From: a virus
Strand: one strand, 5' to 3'
Length of the DNA stretch: 11,823 bases
UHGV virus genome: UHGV-1844342
In this document: positions 1 through 7,467 of the stretch, in pieces
Numbering within the stretch: the first letter of the stretch is position 1
Layout: every line of letters starts with the position of its first letter
The notes under the pieces: model-generated
What the model was told of the DNA's origin: nothing
Seen by the model: the letters and a program-made list of their open reading frames with translations, nothing else
Databases searched by the model: none
Program-made: the position numbers and the translations under genes

Positions 1-16
1 GCCAGTGATGGGTTAA

Positions 17-490
17 GTGATAACAGGTGTCTGGAAATATAGGGGCAAATCCAGTTGGGTTTGGACTGTACCAAAAGATCACTCAAAAACTGGTGTTGAA
101 ATCGTCAGACCAGTACCTGAAATTCTACGACAGTGGGTAACGGATGTTCACGAAGAGACAAAACATACTGGTTATGTGCTGGGAAGTCTGCGAATTAGAG
201 AAAGCGTAAGCAAGATTGGGGGGAAAATCGGTAAACGTTTGGGCCATGAAAAACAATGGTCACTACACGACCTTAGAAGAACGCTATCTACTCATCTAAG
301 TGATCTCGGTGTTGAATTTTATGTAGTAGAACAACTGTTAGGCCATGCGCTACCTGGCGTGGCAGGTGTTTACAACCGGAGTAAGTTTATGGCTAAAAAA
401 CTGGATGCTCTGGAACTCTGGACTACATATCTCAATAGCATCGCAGGTGCTGATTCAAAAGTGACAATCCTCAAACAAAAGGTTGGTTAA
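17..490 (+). pseudogene. int: Tyrosine integrase (P4/CP4-57 type), C-terminal catalytic fragment only; 5'-truncated or frameshifted
   Basis: Translation has SKTG (conserved Lys region), HDLRRT (His-x-x-Arg), LLGH and GVYNRS (catalytic Tyr) motifs of tyrosine recombinases. In-frame TAA at 14-16 and stops in all three forward frames within the first 45 nt, so the N-terminal domain and box I Arg cannot be read through from upstream. Confidence 0.65.
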
Positions 491-491
491 C

Positions 492-719
492 ATGAAAAAA
501 ATGGCAATTGTTGATAAAAAGGGTCTGGAGTACATTCCTAACATTGACCGAATGATCCGTGAGAAAGAATGTCGGGAGCTAACCACTCTTGCGAACAGCA
601 CACGCTGGAAGCTGGAGAAGGAAGGAAAATTTCCTAAGCGGATCAAGATTGGTTCCACTGCTGTTGCATATCGTCTTTCAGAAGTGCAGGCATGGATTCG
701 AGGTGAGTGGGTAGTTTAA
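492..719 (+). CDS. alpA: AlpA/Vis-family prophage transcriptional regulator (winged HTH)
   Basis: 75-aa product; ...ELTTLANSTRWKLEKEGKFPKRIKIGSTAVAYRLSEVQAWI... fits the AlpA/Vis HTH pattern; sits directly after int as in Gram-negative PICIs; ATG 492 with AAGG 9 nt upstream (track start 483 is a TTG). Confidence 0.8.
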   Translation: MKKMAIVDKKGLEYIPNIDRMIREKECRELTTLANSTRWKLEKEGKFPKRIKIGSTAVAYRLSEVQAWIRGEWVV

Positions 720-744
720 ATTATCTCAGAATAAAATATTATGA

Positions 745-780
745 ATTACTGATTTGAGAATTTGTACTCAAATCAGTAAT
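745..780. terminator. Perfect 14-bp inverted repeat (ATTACTGATTTGAG / CTCAAATCAGTAAT) with 8-nt loop; candidate bidirectional intrinsic terminator between alpA and the convergent minus-strand cargo gene
   Basis: Arms 745-758 and 767-780 are exact reverse complements; AT-rich flanks on both sides; lies between convergent stop codons (719 and 789). Confidence 0.55.
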
Positions 781-788
781 AACATTCT

Positions 789-1325
789 TTATAAGAGATT
801 AAATCCAAATAAAGAGTAATCATATACCGGGGTGCATTGCATTCCACTGAATATGCTGATGTTTTTTTCTGTTTCTATCCTTTTTTCAATAAGTTGTTGT
901 ATATTTTTACAGTACAATTTGTGTGTGATGTTATTATCGTAAGCCTGATATAGCAACGTCAATGTTGACGCTAGGAAACATACAGATAAAATTAAAGTAA
1001 CATATGCGGTTTTTTTATTTTTTGTCCATGATCTATTTGTTTGTGAAATATAAAGAATTCTGATGTGGATAATGGTGAGAGACAATAGCAGGCCACTCAA
1101 TAAAATAAGTATTGGGTTTGCGTATTTTATTAATGGTTGAGAGCAAAAAACTATTATAGCTCCTGTGACTGCGTATGAGAAAAAGGAGTAATTAAACTTC
1201 TTACTCCTTCTCTCAAGTATTTTAATTTCATCTTGTGTGGGGGTTTTAGATGCCTCTAATATAAGTTTATTGAATGTTTCTGTTATCTTGTTTTTTGTGT
1301 TTGTGGCTATTTTTTTTAGATTCAT
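789..1325 (-). CDS. Hypothetical small membrane protein (about 3 predicted TM segments) in an AT-rich cargo island
   Basis: 178-aa ORF on the minus strand; GGAG about 12 nt upstream of ATG; hydrophobic stretches FFSYAVTGAIIVFCSQPLI, PILILLSGLLLSLTIIHIRILYI, AYVTLILSVCFLASTLTLLY; local GC far below the rest of the island. Confidence 0.55.
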   Translation of the reverse strand: MNLKKIATNTKNKITETFNKLILEASKTPTQDEIKILERRSKKFNYSFFSYAVTGAIIVFCSQPLIKYANPILILLSGLLLSLTIIHIRILYISQTNRSWTKNKKTAYVTLILSVCFLASTLTLLYQAYDNNITHKLYCKNIQQLIEKRIETEKNISIFSGMQCTPVYDYSLFGFNLL

Positions 1326-1639
1326 AGCATTCTAACTCCCTTAACTTATTTATTACTTTCTCTTTATGATAAGAGAGGGGAATGACTTGGTAAAGTGATT
1401 TGTCATTAATAATGATAATCCTTGCGATAAATATTTCTGCAAGTTATTTATCTGTTTGTTGCTATCTTGTTAAGCGTTGGGTGTGGTTTATGTTTGGAGC
1501 GACTTTATTTAATCGTGATTTTATGGATTTATATTTATATCCTGTAAGATAAGCGCATGTTAGTTCAGGAGTAGTGTCAGATAAAATTATTCGGAGTAGA
1601 ACTACCTTTTCTGTTTATTGCCAGTATTTACATAGCAAT

Positions 1640-1666
1640 GCGCCGTAGTTACTCACATCACGGCGC
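1640..1666 (-). terminator. Weak candidate hairpin (GCGCCGT ... ACGGCGC, 7-bp stem, 13-nt loop) just downstream of the minus-strand regulator gene
   Basis: Inverted repeat 1640-1646 / 1660-1666, 10 nt past the stop of the 1676-1978 gene; no clean U-tract. Confidence 0.25.
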
Positions 1667-1675
1667 TGATACTAA

Positions 1676-1978
1676 TTATTCAGATTCTTTGGCTTTACGC
1701 CGCTGGAGTTCTTCACGAGCGACGGCTACGAGTTGCCCGATTTCCTCCGCTGCCTTGATGCCGATTTGTTCGACCTTAGCTAAGGCATCCAGTGAAGACA
1801 CGAGGGGATTTTCTCCGCTTCCTTCTGCCTGGCGGCGGGCGATCTCACCGCGCATGGCGGTTACTATGAATCCGGCGTTGCTCTCGCCGTCCAGTTTTAC
1901 GGATTCCATGCCCTCCATAACATCGTGGGGAACCCTGATCGTTGTCATTTGCGATTTTGCATTTTTGTATACAGACAT
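1676..1978 (-). CDS. Putative ribbon-helix-helix (Arc/CopG-like) DNA-binding protein; candidate master repressor of the island, divergent from the early operon
   Basis: 100-aa ORF; N-terminal MTTIRVPHDVMEGMESV...NAGFIVTAMRGEIARRQ resembles a beta-strand/helix/helix RHH fold; divergently arranged relative to the operon starting at 2187 with an operator-repeat array in between. Confidence 0.45.
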   Translation of the reverse strand: MSVYKNAKSQMTTIRVPHDVMEGMESVKLDGESNAGFIVTAMRGEIARRQAEGSGENPLVSSLDALAKVEQIGIKAAEEIGQLVAVAREELQRRKAKESE

Positions 1979-1989
1979 AGTTAATCACC

Positions 1990-2110
1990 AATTTGTTATG
2001 TGTATATCACTATACACAAAAGTGATATATAAAAACACTTGCAATGTATATCACCACAATATAATGTATATCTCACATTATGGTCGCTATGTATCTCACA
2101 ATGATCGATT
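1990..2110. promoter_or_regulatory. Divergent promoter/operator region: four direct copies of TGTAT(A)TC(T)CAC(A) at 2001, 2045, 2065, 2090, one inverted copy (GTGATATA, 2022-2029), and a consensus -10 TATAAT (2060-2065) with TTGCAA (2039-2044) 15 bp upstream
   Basis: Repeats read directly from sequence; the -10 hexamer overlaps the repeats, consistent with a repressed early promoter. Confidence 0.6.
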
Positions 2111-2186
2111 CATAAAAACGACGAAACCCGGCAGTGCGCGAACACTAACCGGGCTTCTAACCAAACCGTTAAACGAGGTAACGATT

Positions 2187-2552
2187 ATGGCTGGAACACA
2201 GCATACCCAAACTCACCCTAAATTTATATACACCTTTCTGGCACTACACCACGACCGCATGGCAGATGGAGCAACTACGGTACATGTAGCCGCTGACACG
2301 CTGGTTGATGCCCGCAAGATGGTTAAGGAGATGGGCTATACTGCGGCTTTCTGGAAAGGGCGTGAAGAAAACACGCTGTTTATTCAGAAATGCGAAAACA
2401 ATTTCATCTGGCGTTTTATCGCCCTGAGTACGGCACAACCGCGCGTGATTCACATCGTGGCCACCAGCGAACAGGAAGCCCGCCAGCAATCCCCGGCTGG
2501 TTGCGTGAGGGTATTCGCCGCCCGTATTCGTCAGGAGGTATGCCGTGCTTAA
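2187..2552 (+). CDS. Hypothetical protein, first gene of the early operon
   Basis: ATG 2187 with GAGG 8 nt upstream; 121 aa; the track ORF 1638-2552 is the same frame, but its upstream part overlaps the operator region and the minus-strand regulator gene. Confidence 0.55.
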   Translation: MAGTQHTQTHPKFIYTFLALHHDRMADGATTVHVAADTLVDARKMVKEMGYTAAFWKGREENTLFIQKCENNFIWRFIALSTAQPRVIHIVATSEQEARQQSPAGCVRVFAARIRQEVCRA

Positions 2553-2730
2553 AACCTTCCGTGTATTTGCCCGAGCGGTTAACCCACGAGGCCACACAAT
2601 TGGTATCACTCAGAACGTGAAGGCTGTTAATGTTCAGACGGCTATTGCTGTGGTGAGAAGCGAATCATCAGAATATGGCTTATCACAAGTCATTATTTCA
2701 GCAGTGTATGAATTAAAAGAGGTGCATTAA
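2545..2730 (+). CDS. Hypothetical small protein (61 aa)
   Basis: GTG start 2545 with strong AGGAGG 6 nt upstream; overlaps the previous stop and the next start (TAATG at 2727-2732), i.e. translational coupling. Confidence 0.5.
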   Translation: MLKTFRVFARAVNPRGHTIGITQNVKAVNVQTAIAVVRSESSEYGLSQVIISAVYELKEVH

Positions 2731-2921
2731 TGCAGGAAATTACATTACACGAAGCCGCTGAACGTGCGCACCAGACAGAAATTATTTGCCGCCTTCTTGA
2801 GGTATACCCGAACAAAATTACAGATGCTGATATATCCGCACTGGCGAGCCTACTGGCGCGTCTTTCGGGAAGTGTCGCTAGTTTTTTGATTGAGGAAGAA
2901 AGTAAGCTGGTGGGGGATTAA
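2730..2921 (+). CDS. Hypothetical small protein (63 aa)
   Basis: ATG with AAGAGG upstream; stop followed immediately by the next start (TAAATG). Confidence 0.5.
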   Translation: MQEITLHEAAERAHQTEIICRLLEVYPNKITDADISALASLLARLSGSVASFLIEEESKLVGD

Positions 2922-3143
2922 ATGAATACAGAACGGGAAGTCTTTTTTAAATTGTTAGCATGTGCAGAAAGTTCATTAACTTTAAATAATTCAGCAAAAG
3001 CAATATTAAATATGTGGCTTGATTGCATAAATGACAATGAAGATGCAAATATTGCTTATGGCCTGTTGTCACTTATTGATGAAGCAGCAGAAAAACTCAA
3101 TGACGCAATAAATAGTGCCCTGTTATCAAATAAGTCGAGTTAA
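2922..3143 (+). CDS. Hypothetical small protein (73 aa), AT-rich moron-like gene inside the early operon
   Basis: ORF with GGGGGA upstream; base composition clearly lower in GC than flanking genes. Confidence 0.45.
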   Translation: MNTEREVFFKLLACAESSLTLNNSAKAILNMWLDCINDNEDANIAYGLLSLIDEAAEKLNDAINSALLSNKSS

Positions 3144-3160
3144 GTCGAGGAATAAATAAT

Positions 3161-3460
3161 ATGGAAATGAAAAATTCTGGCTTTATTGCCAGCGGCCCCG
3201 CTCGGCCTGAATTTATGAACGGCGATATTTACCGCGATAAATACGGCGGCACGGTAACGATTAAAGGCGTGGCAGAACGGCGCATCACTTACCGCCGTGA
3301 GGGGTATAGCTATGACTGCGTGATGCCTGTTTATCAGTTCCGGCGTGATTTTTCCCTGGTATATGCCGCACCTCGCAGTAAGCCCACCAGCAGGGAAAAA
3401 GCGCGGGGAAACATCCAGAAAATGAAAAGCATGATTAACGCATTCAGGGGCAAAAAATGA
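3161..3460 (+). CDS. Hypothetical protein (99 aa), translationally coupled to the replication gene
   Basis: GAGGAA upstream of ATG; stop overlaps the start of the downstream gene (ATGA at 3457-3460). Confidence 0.55.
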   Translation: MEMKNSGFIASGPARPEFMNGDIYRDKYGGTVTIKGVAERRITYRREGYSYDCVMPVYQFRRDFSLVYAAPRSKPTSREKARGNIQKMKSMINAFRGKK

Positions 3461-5208
3461 AACTGGCACCGAACTTAAAAAAACAGCCACGCGACAGACT
3501 GACAGAGGTAATCATCTTTGCAGGTAGTGATGCGTGGAGCCATGCGAAAGAGTGGCAGGAATGGGCGGGTAAACATATTGCCGCCGACGATGTGCCGCCT
3601 GTCGTGCTGGCTGATGAGCAACTGAAAAACATCATCGATTACCGGATCATTGATGAAGATCGTCAGTGTGTGCGTGTTTACCGCGCAGGACATATCACAG
3701 AGCACAGCATGACGCAGATTGTTACGTTACTGGCTGTGGCTGGAGTGAAGACCGTACACGAATACGCGGGGATTACTGACACCAGCCCCGTGGATTTATC
3801 CGACCAGTTGCCGCGACTCAAAGAGGAATGCGAGCGTGGGGAAAGTCTGGTGCTTAATCTTCCGACGAAGCAAAAGGCGCAACTTTCACAGATGGCAGAC
3901 AGTGAACGTGCACAACTACTTGCCGATCGCTTTGATGGTGTGTGTGTTCATGCAGAAAGTGAAATCGTCCACGTATGGCGCGGCGGGGTATGGTGTCCGG
4001 TCAGCACAATGGAGCTGAGCCGCGAAATGGTGGCGATCTATTCAGAGCACAGGGCCACGTTCAGCAAACGTGTAATCAATAACGCCGTGGAAGCGTTAAA
4101 AGTTATTGCCGACCCCATGGGGGAGCCGTCCGGTGATTTACTACCGTTCACTAATGGTGTGCTTAACCTGAAAACGGGGGATTTTTCTCCGCACTTACCG
4201 GAGCACTGGAGCACCACGCACAATGGCATTGAGTACACGCCACCAGTAGCAGGGGAAAACATCCGCGATAATGCGCCAAATTTCCATAAATGGCTTGAAC
4301 ATGCTGCAGGAAAAGACCCGCGCAAGATGATGCGTATATGTGCCGCGTTATACATGATTATGGCGAACCGCTACGACTGGCAGATGTTCATTGAGGCCAC
4401 CGGAGACGGGGGAAGCGGTAAGAGTACATTTACCCATATTGCCACCCTGCTTGCTGGCAAACAGAACACCGTAAGCGCAGAGATGACATCACTCGATGAT
4501 GCAGGAGGGCGCGCGCAGGTTGTCGGGAGTCGTCTTATCGTCCTTGCCGATCAGCTGAAATATACGGGGGAAGGCACGGGCATCAAGAAAATCACGGGAG
4601 GCGATCCCGTTGAAATTAACCCGAAATATGAGAAGCGATTCACGACGATAATAAGGGCGGTGGTACTGGCAACCAATAACGACCCGATGATCTTTACCGA
4701 ACGGGCCGGAGGTGTGTCACGCCGTCGGGTGATTTTCCGGTTCGACAACATTGTAAGGGAGGACGAAAAAGACAAGGAATTACCGGAAAAGATAGCGGCA
4801 GAAATCCCCGTAATTATCCGCCGCTTGCTGGCTAATTTTGCTGACCCTGAAAAGGCACGGGCTTTATTACTGGAACAGCGTGACGGTGATGAAGCTCTGG
4901 CAATAAAGCAGCAAACGGATCCGGTTGTTGAGCTTTGCGCGGCGCTGGAGTTTCTGGAGGAAGCTCGTGGGCTAATGATGGGCGGTGGTGGTGACACCGT
5001 GAAGTACACGACCAGAAACAGCCTTTACCGTGTCTATATGGCCTTCATGGCATATACAGGAAAGGGGAAATGTTTGAGCGTGAATGAGTTCGGAAAGGCT
5101 ATGAGGTCAGCGGCGAAAGTTTACGGATATGAATATATTACGCGAAAAGTTAAGGGAGTCACGCAGACCAACGCAACGACTACTGATGATTGCGATGCGT
5201 TTTTATAA
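3457..5208 (+). CDS. Replication protein: SF3 helicase with primase-associated N-terminal region (P4 alpha C-terminal / D5-like family; PICI pri-rep analogue)
   Basis: 583 aa; Walker A EATGDGGSGKST (about nt 4395-4430), Walker B-like RLIVLADQ (about 4531-4554), motif C-like VLATNND; iteron origin immediately downstream. Confidence 0.85.
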   Translation: MKLAPNLKKQPRDRLTEVIIFAGSDAWSHAKEWQEWAGKHIAADDVPPVVLADEQLKNIIDYRIIDEDRQCVRVYRAGHITEHSMTQIVTLLAVAGVKTVHEYAGITDTSPVDLSDQLPRLKEECERGESLVLNLPTKQKAQLSQMADSERAQLLADRFDGVCVHAESEIVHVWRGGVWCPVSTMELSREMVAIYSEHRATFSKRVINNAVEALKVIADPMGEPSGDLLPFTNGVLNLKTGDFSPHLPEHWSTTHNGIEYTPPVAGENIRDNAPNFHKWLEHAAGKDPRKMMRICAALYMIMANRYDWQMFIEATGDGGSGKSTFTHIATLLAGKQNTVSAEMTSLDDAGGRAQVVGSRLIVLADQLKYTGEGTGIKKITGGDPVEINPKYEKRFTTIIRAVVLATNNDPMIFTERAGGVSRRRVIFRFDNIVREDEKDKELPEKIAAEIPVIIRRLLANFADPEKARALLLEQRDGDEALAIKQQTDPVVELCAALEFLEEARGLMMGGGGDTVKYTTRNSLYRVYMAFMAYTGKGKCLSVNEFGKAMRSAAKVYGYEYITRKVKGVTQTNATTTDDCDAFL

Positions 5209-5220
5209 AAAATGGCAATG

Positions 5221-5455
5221 GTTATCTACCTTGTCTACCTGACTGAAATAAAATACTTTTATTTCAATGTATTAATGCAGGTAGATAACTATTTTTCACT
5301 GTCTACCTGTTATCTACCTTATCTACCCATTTTTGTAGACAGGTAAGGAGACGGGTAGAGATGAGGTAGACAGCTATTTGGGGCTGTCTACCTCCCTGAA
5401 ACCCGCGCCATTACTGGCCTGATAACTAATCAGGTAGACAAGGTAGACAAGGTGG
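5221..5455. repeat. Iteron-type replication origin: about 12 copies of GGTAGAC(A)/GTCTACC (with GGTAGATA variants) in both orientations flanking an AT-rich spacer (5241-5278)
   Basis: Copies at about 5223, 5233, 5280, 5301, 5312, 5321, 5335, 5353, 5365, 5385, 5433, 5442; tandem pair GGTAGACAAGGTAGACAAGG at 5433-5451; directly 3' of the helicase gene as in PICI/P4 ori. Confidence 0.8.
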
Positions 5456-5497
5456 TGGTGCACAAAAAACTTTTTAAACGAGGGGGTAAAAATAAAA

Positions 5498-5740
5498 ATG
5501 CACACATCAGGAAAACTGAACAAACATATAAAGCCACATTACCGCGCCCTTGATATGGCTGAACACTGGCTAAGGGTGGCGATTAAGGCAATAGACCGCA
5601 ACGCCGGGGAAGGATACGCGAAAGCACATCCCGAACTGATAAGCGCATTCATGACAACGGCGGCTGCAAACTTTGCCACGCTGACCGAACGGGAGATTGC
5701 CGAAGCGGAGGAAGTGACAACCATCAATATTAAGTCCTGA
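5498..5740 (+). CDS. Hypothetical protein (80 aa)
   Basis: ATG with GAGGGGG upstream; no overlapping conflict. Confidence 0.5.
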   Translation: MHTSGKLNKHIKPHYRALDMAEHWLRVAIKAIDRNAGEGYAKAHPELISAFMTTAAANFATLTEREIAEAEEVTTINIKS

Positions 5741-5751
5741 GAGCAGGCAGC

Positions 5752-6201
5752 ATGACGGCGCAAATAGCAGCTTACGGGCGGCTGGTGGACGACCCACAGG
5801 TAAAACATACCAGCAAGGGAACACCCATGACACTGGCACGGATGGCGGTATCTTTGCCATGCAGCCAGGCAGATGACGGAACGGCGACGATGTGGTTATC
5901 TGTGCTGGCGTTTGGCAGACAAGCCGACGCGCTGGCAAAGCATCACAAAGGCGAACTCCTGAGCGTGGCGGGTAATATGCAGGTGAGCCAGTGGAGCGGA
6001 CAGAACGGGGAAACGCGGCAGGGCTGGCAGGTTATCGCAGACAGCGTAATCAGTGCCAGAACGGTGCGACCGGGCGGCAAAAAAGGTCAACAGGGGCAGG
6101 CTACTGATGCACTGAACAGAGCAAAACAACAGGCAGATCAGCAAGGAAGCCATCCACCAGTGGGAGATAATGAGCAATGGGGAGATGATATTCCGTTTTA
6201 A
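5752..6201 (+). CDS. ssb: Single-stranded DNA-binding protein
   Basis: 149 aa; OB-fold-like N-terminal region, Gly/Gln-rich linker, and canonical acidic C-terminal tail ...GDDIPF. Confidence 0.8.
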   Translation: MTAQIAAYGRLVDDPQVKHTSKGTPMTLARMAVSLPCSQADDGTATMWLSVLAFGRQADALAKHHKGELLSVAGNMQVSQWSGQNGETRQGWQVIADSVISARTVRPGGKKGQQGQATDALNRAKQQADQQGSHPPVGDNEQWGDDIPF

Positions 6202-6219
6202 ATATTGCCAATAAAAAAG

Positions 6220-6243
6220 GCCGGAAAAAATATATTTTCCGGC
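6220..6243. terminator. Hairpin GCCGGAAAA / TTTTCCGGC (9-bp stem, 6-nt loop) between the replication and morphogenesis modules
   Basis: Exact inverted repeat 6220-6228 / 6235-6243; an A-run precedes it on + (so a T-run follows it on the minus strand); function as a module boundary is inferred. Confidence 0.35.
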
Positions 6244-6411
6244 ATGCTACATAAATCCCGACCAAAGGGAGTGAAGATATTAACACTAATTATCCGCGCT
6301 GAAGTTGTCATCCCAAAACTTTATACAACATTGCACTCGGTTGCATGTGTTAGCATGACAAATATCGGTGATAGCATATATCCACAATTATTTTTAATGA
6401 ATGTAAAGAGG

Positions 6412-7458
6412 ATGAGTATGGTTGATTTATATTCGCCTGCCCAGCTTGTGCAGGTGGCTAATGCAGAAGAGGTGCAAAAAAAATTAAATGCATTGTTTAC
6501 CAGTTTGTTTTTCACTCGCTCGGTAATGTTTGAATCAAGAGACATTATTCTTGATACAATCGACGATCCAAATATCCCAATTGCAGCGTTTTGTTCTCCT
6601 ATGGTGGGTAGTAAAGTTTCACGTGACGAAGGGTACGAATCAAAGACAATTCGTCCAGGCTATATGAAGCCGAAAAGCAGCATTGATCCAAATAAGTTAG
6701 CTGTGCGCCCTGCTGGTGTATCACCTGAGCAATACAATGCTTTTGGAGCGCGTAATATTAAAGTTAAACAGGCGATTGTAAATCAGGCTAAAGCTATTCG
6801 TGCACGTATTGAATGGCTTGCCGTTCAGGCAATCACAACGGGGAAAAATATCATTGAGGGCGATGGCATTGAACGCTATGAACTGGACTGGAATATAAAA
6901 CCACAAAATATTATCACGCAGTCCGGCGGTGCTGAGTGGTCAGGTAAGGATAAAGAAACTTTTGATCCAAATGATGATATTGAGAGCTACGCAGAATTTA
7001 GTGAGGGCGTCACTAATATCATCATTATGGGCGGTAATGTATGGAAGAAATACCGTTCATTCAGAGCGATAAAAGAGGCTCTGGATACCCGTCGTGGTTC
7101 TAATTCCGAACTGGAAACGGCCCTTAAAGACCTTGGTGATTCGGTGAGTTTTAAAGGGTATATGGGCGATGTTGCGATTGTTGTATACAGCGGGCGTTAT
7201 ACCGACGAGGACGGAACTGAAAAACATTTCCTTGATCCTGATTTGATGGTGCTTGGCAATACGGCTCTTCAGGGGATTGTCGCCTATGGCGGTATTCAGG
7301 ATCCGGAGCTAATCCGAATGGGGCTGACTAAAGCCGAACTTGCACCGAAAAACTATATTGTGCCTGGTGATCCGGCTATTGAATATGTGCAGACACATTC
7401 AGCACCACAGCCAATACCGGCCCGCATCAATCGTTTTGTTACCGTTCGCATTGGCTAA
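6412..7458 (+). CDS. Major capsid protein, divergent homolog of lambda gpE (HK97 fold)
   Basis: ATG 6412 preceded by AAGAGG; C-terminal about 200 aa align with the lambda E fragment present in this same window (shared blocks ITQSGG.EWS..DK.T.DP.DDIE.YA, DTRRGS.SELETA.KDLG, GDVAIVVYSG, MVLGNT), roughly 55-60 percent identity there by eye; N-terminal third far more divergent. Confidence 0.85.
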   Translation: MSMVDLYSPAQLVQVANAEEVQKKLNALFTSLFFTRSVMFESRDIILDTIDDPNIPIAAFCSPMVGSKVSRDEGYESKTIRPGYMKPKSSIDPNKLAVRPAGVSPEQYNAFGARNIKVKQAIVNQAKAIRARIEWLAVQAITTGKNIIEGDGIERYELDWNIKPQNIITQSGGAEWSGKDKETFDPNDDIESYAEFSEGVTNIIIMGGNVWKKYRSFRAIKEALDTRRGSNSELETALKDLGDSVSFKGYMGDVAIVVYSGRYTDEDGTEKHFLDPDLMVLGNTALQGIVAYGGIQDPELIRMGLTKAELAPKNYIVPGDPAIEYVQTHSAPQPIPARINRFVTVRIG

Positions 7459-7467
7459 GGGGGAGCA

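Noticed and set aside
455-658. Minus-strand ORF 455-658
   Set aside because: Antisense to the int 3' end and alpA
1638-2186. Upstream part of track ORF 1638-2552
   Set aside because: Overlaps the minus-strand regulator gene and the operator/promoter region; the real start is ATG 2187 with a GAGG RBS
2244-2620. Overlapping ORFs 2244-2609 (-) and 2390-2620 (+)
   Set aside because: Embedded in or antisense to the better-supported 2187-2552 and 2545-2730 genes; no independent start signals
3140-5009. Minus-strand and alternate-frame ORFs inside the replication-gene region (3140-3490, 3444-3635, 3475-3705, 3836-4018, 4038-4355, 4551-5009)
   Set aside because: Antisense or alternate-frame shadows of the 3161-3460 and 3457-5208 genes; Ser/Arg-rich low-complexity translations
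5221-5455. CRISPR array interpretation of the repeat field
   Set aside because: Repeat unit is only 7-8 bp, occurs in both orientations with irregular spacing and no spacer structure; this is an iteron origin
6205-6411. Upstream extension of the capsid ORF (track start 6205)
   Set aside because: The N-terminal 69 residues have no capsid similarity and cover a hairpin and promoter-like sequence; ATG 6412 has a good RBS
5539-6906. Minus-strand ORFs 5539-5808, 5570-5938, 5896-6177, 6101-6286, 6321-6545, 6721-6906
   Set aside because: Antisense to the 80-aa gene, SSB and capsid genes; no RBS and no recognisable protein features
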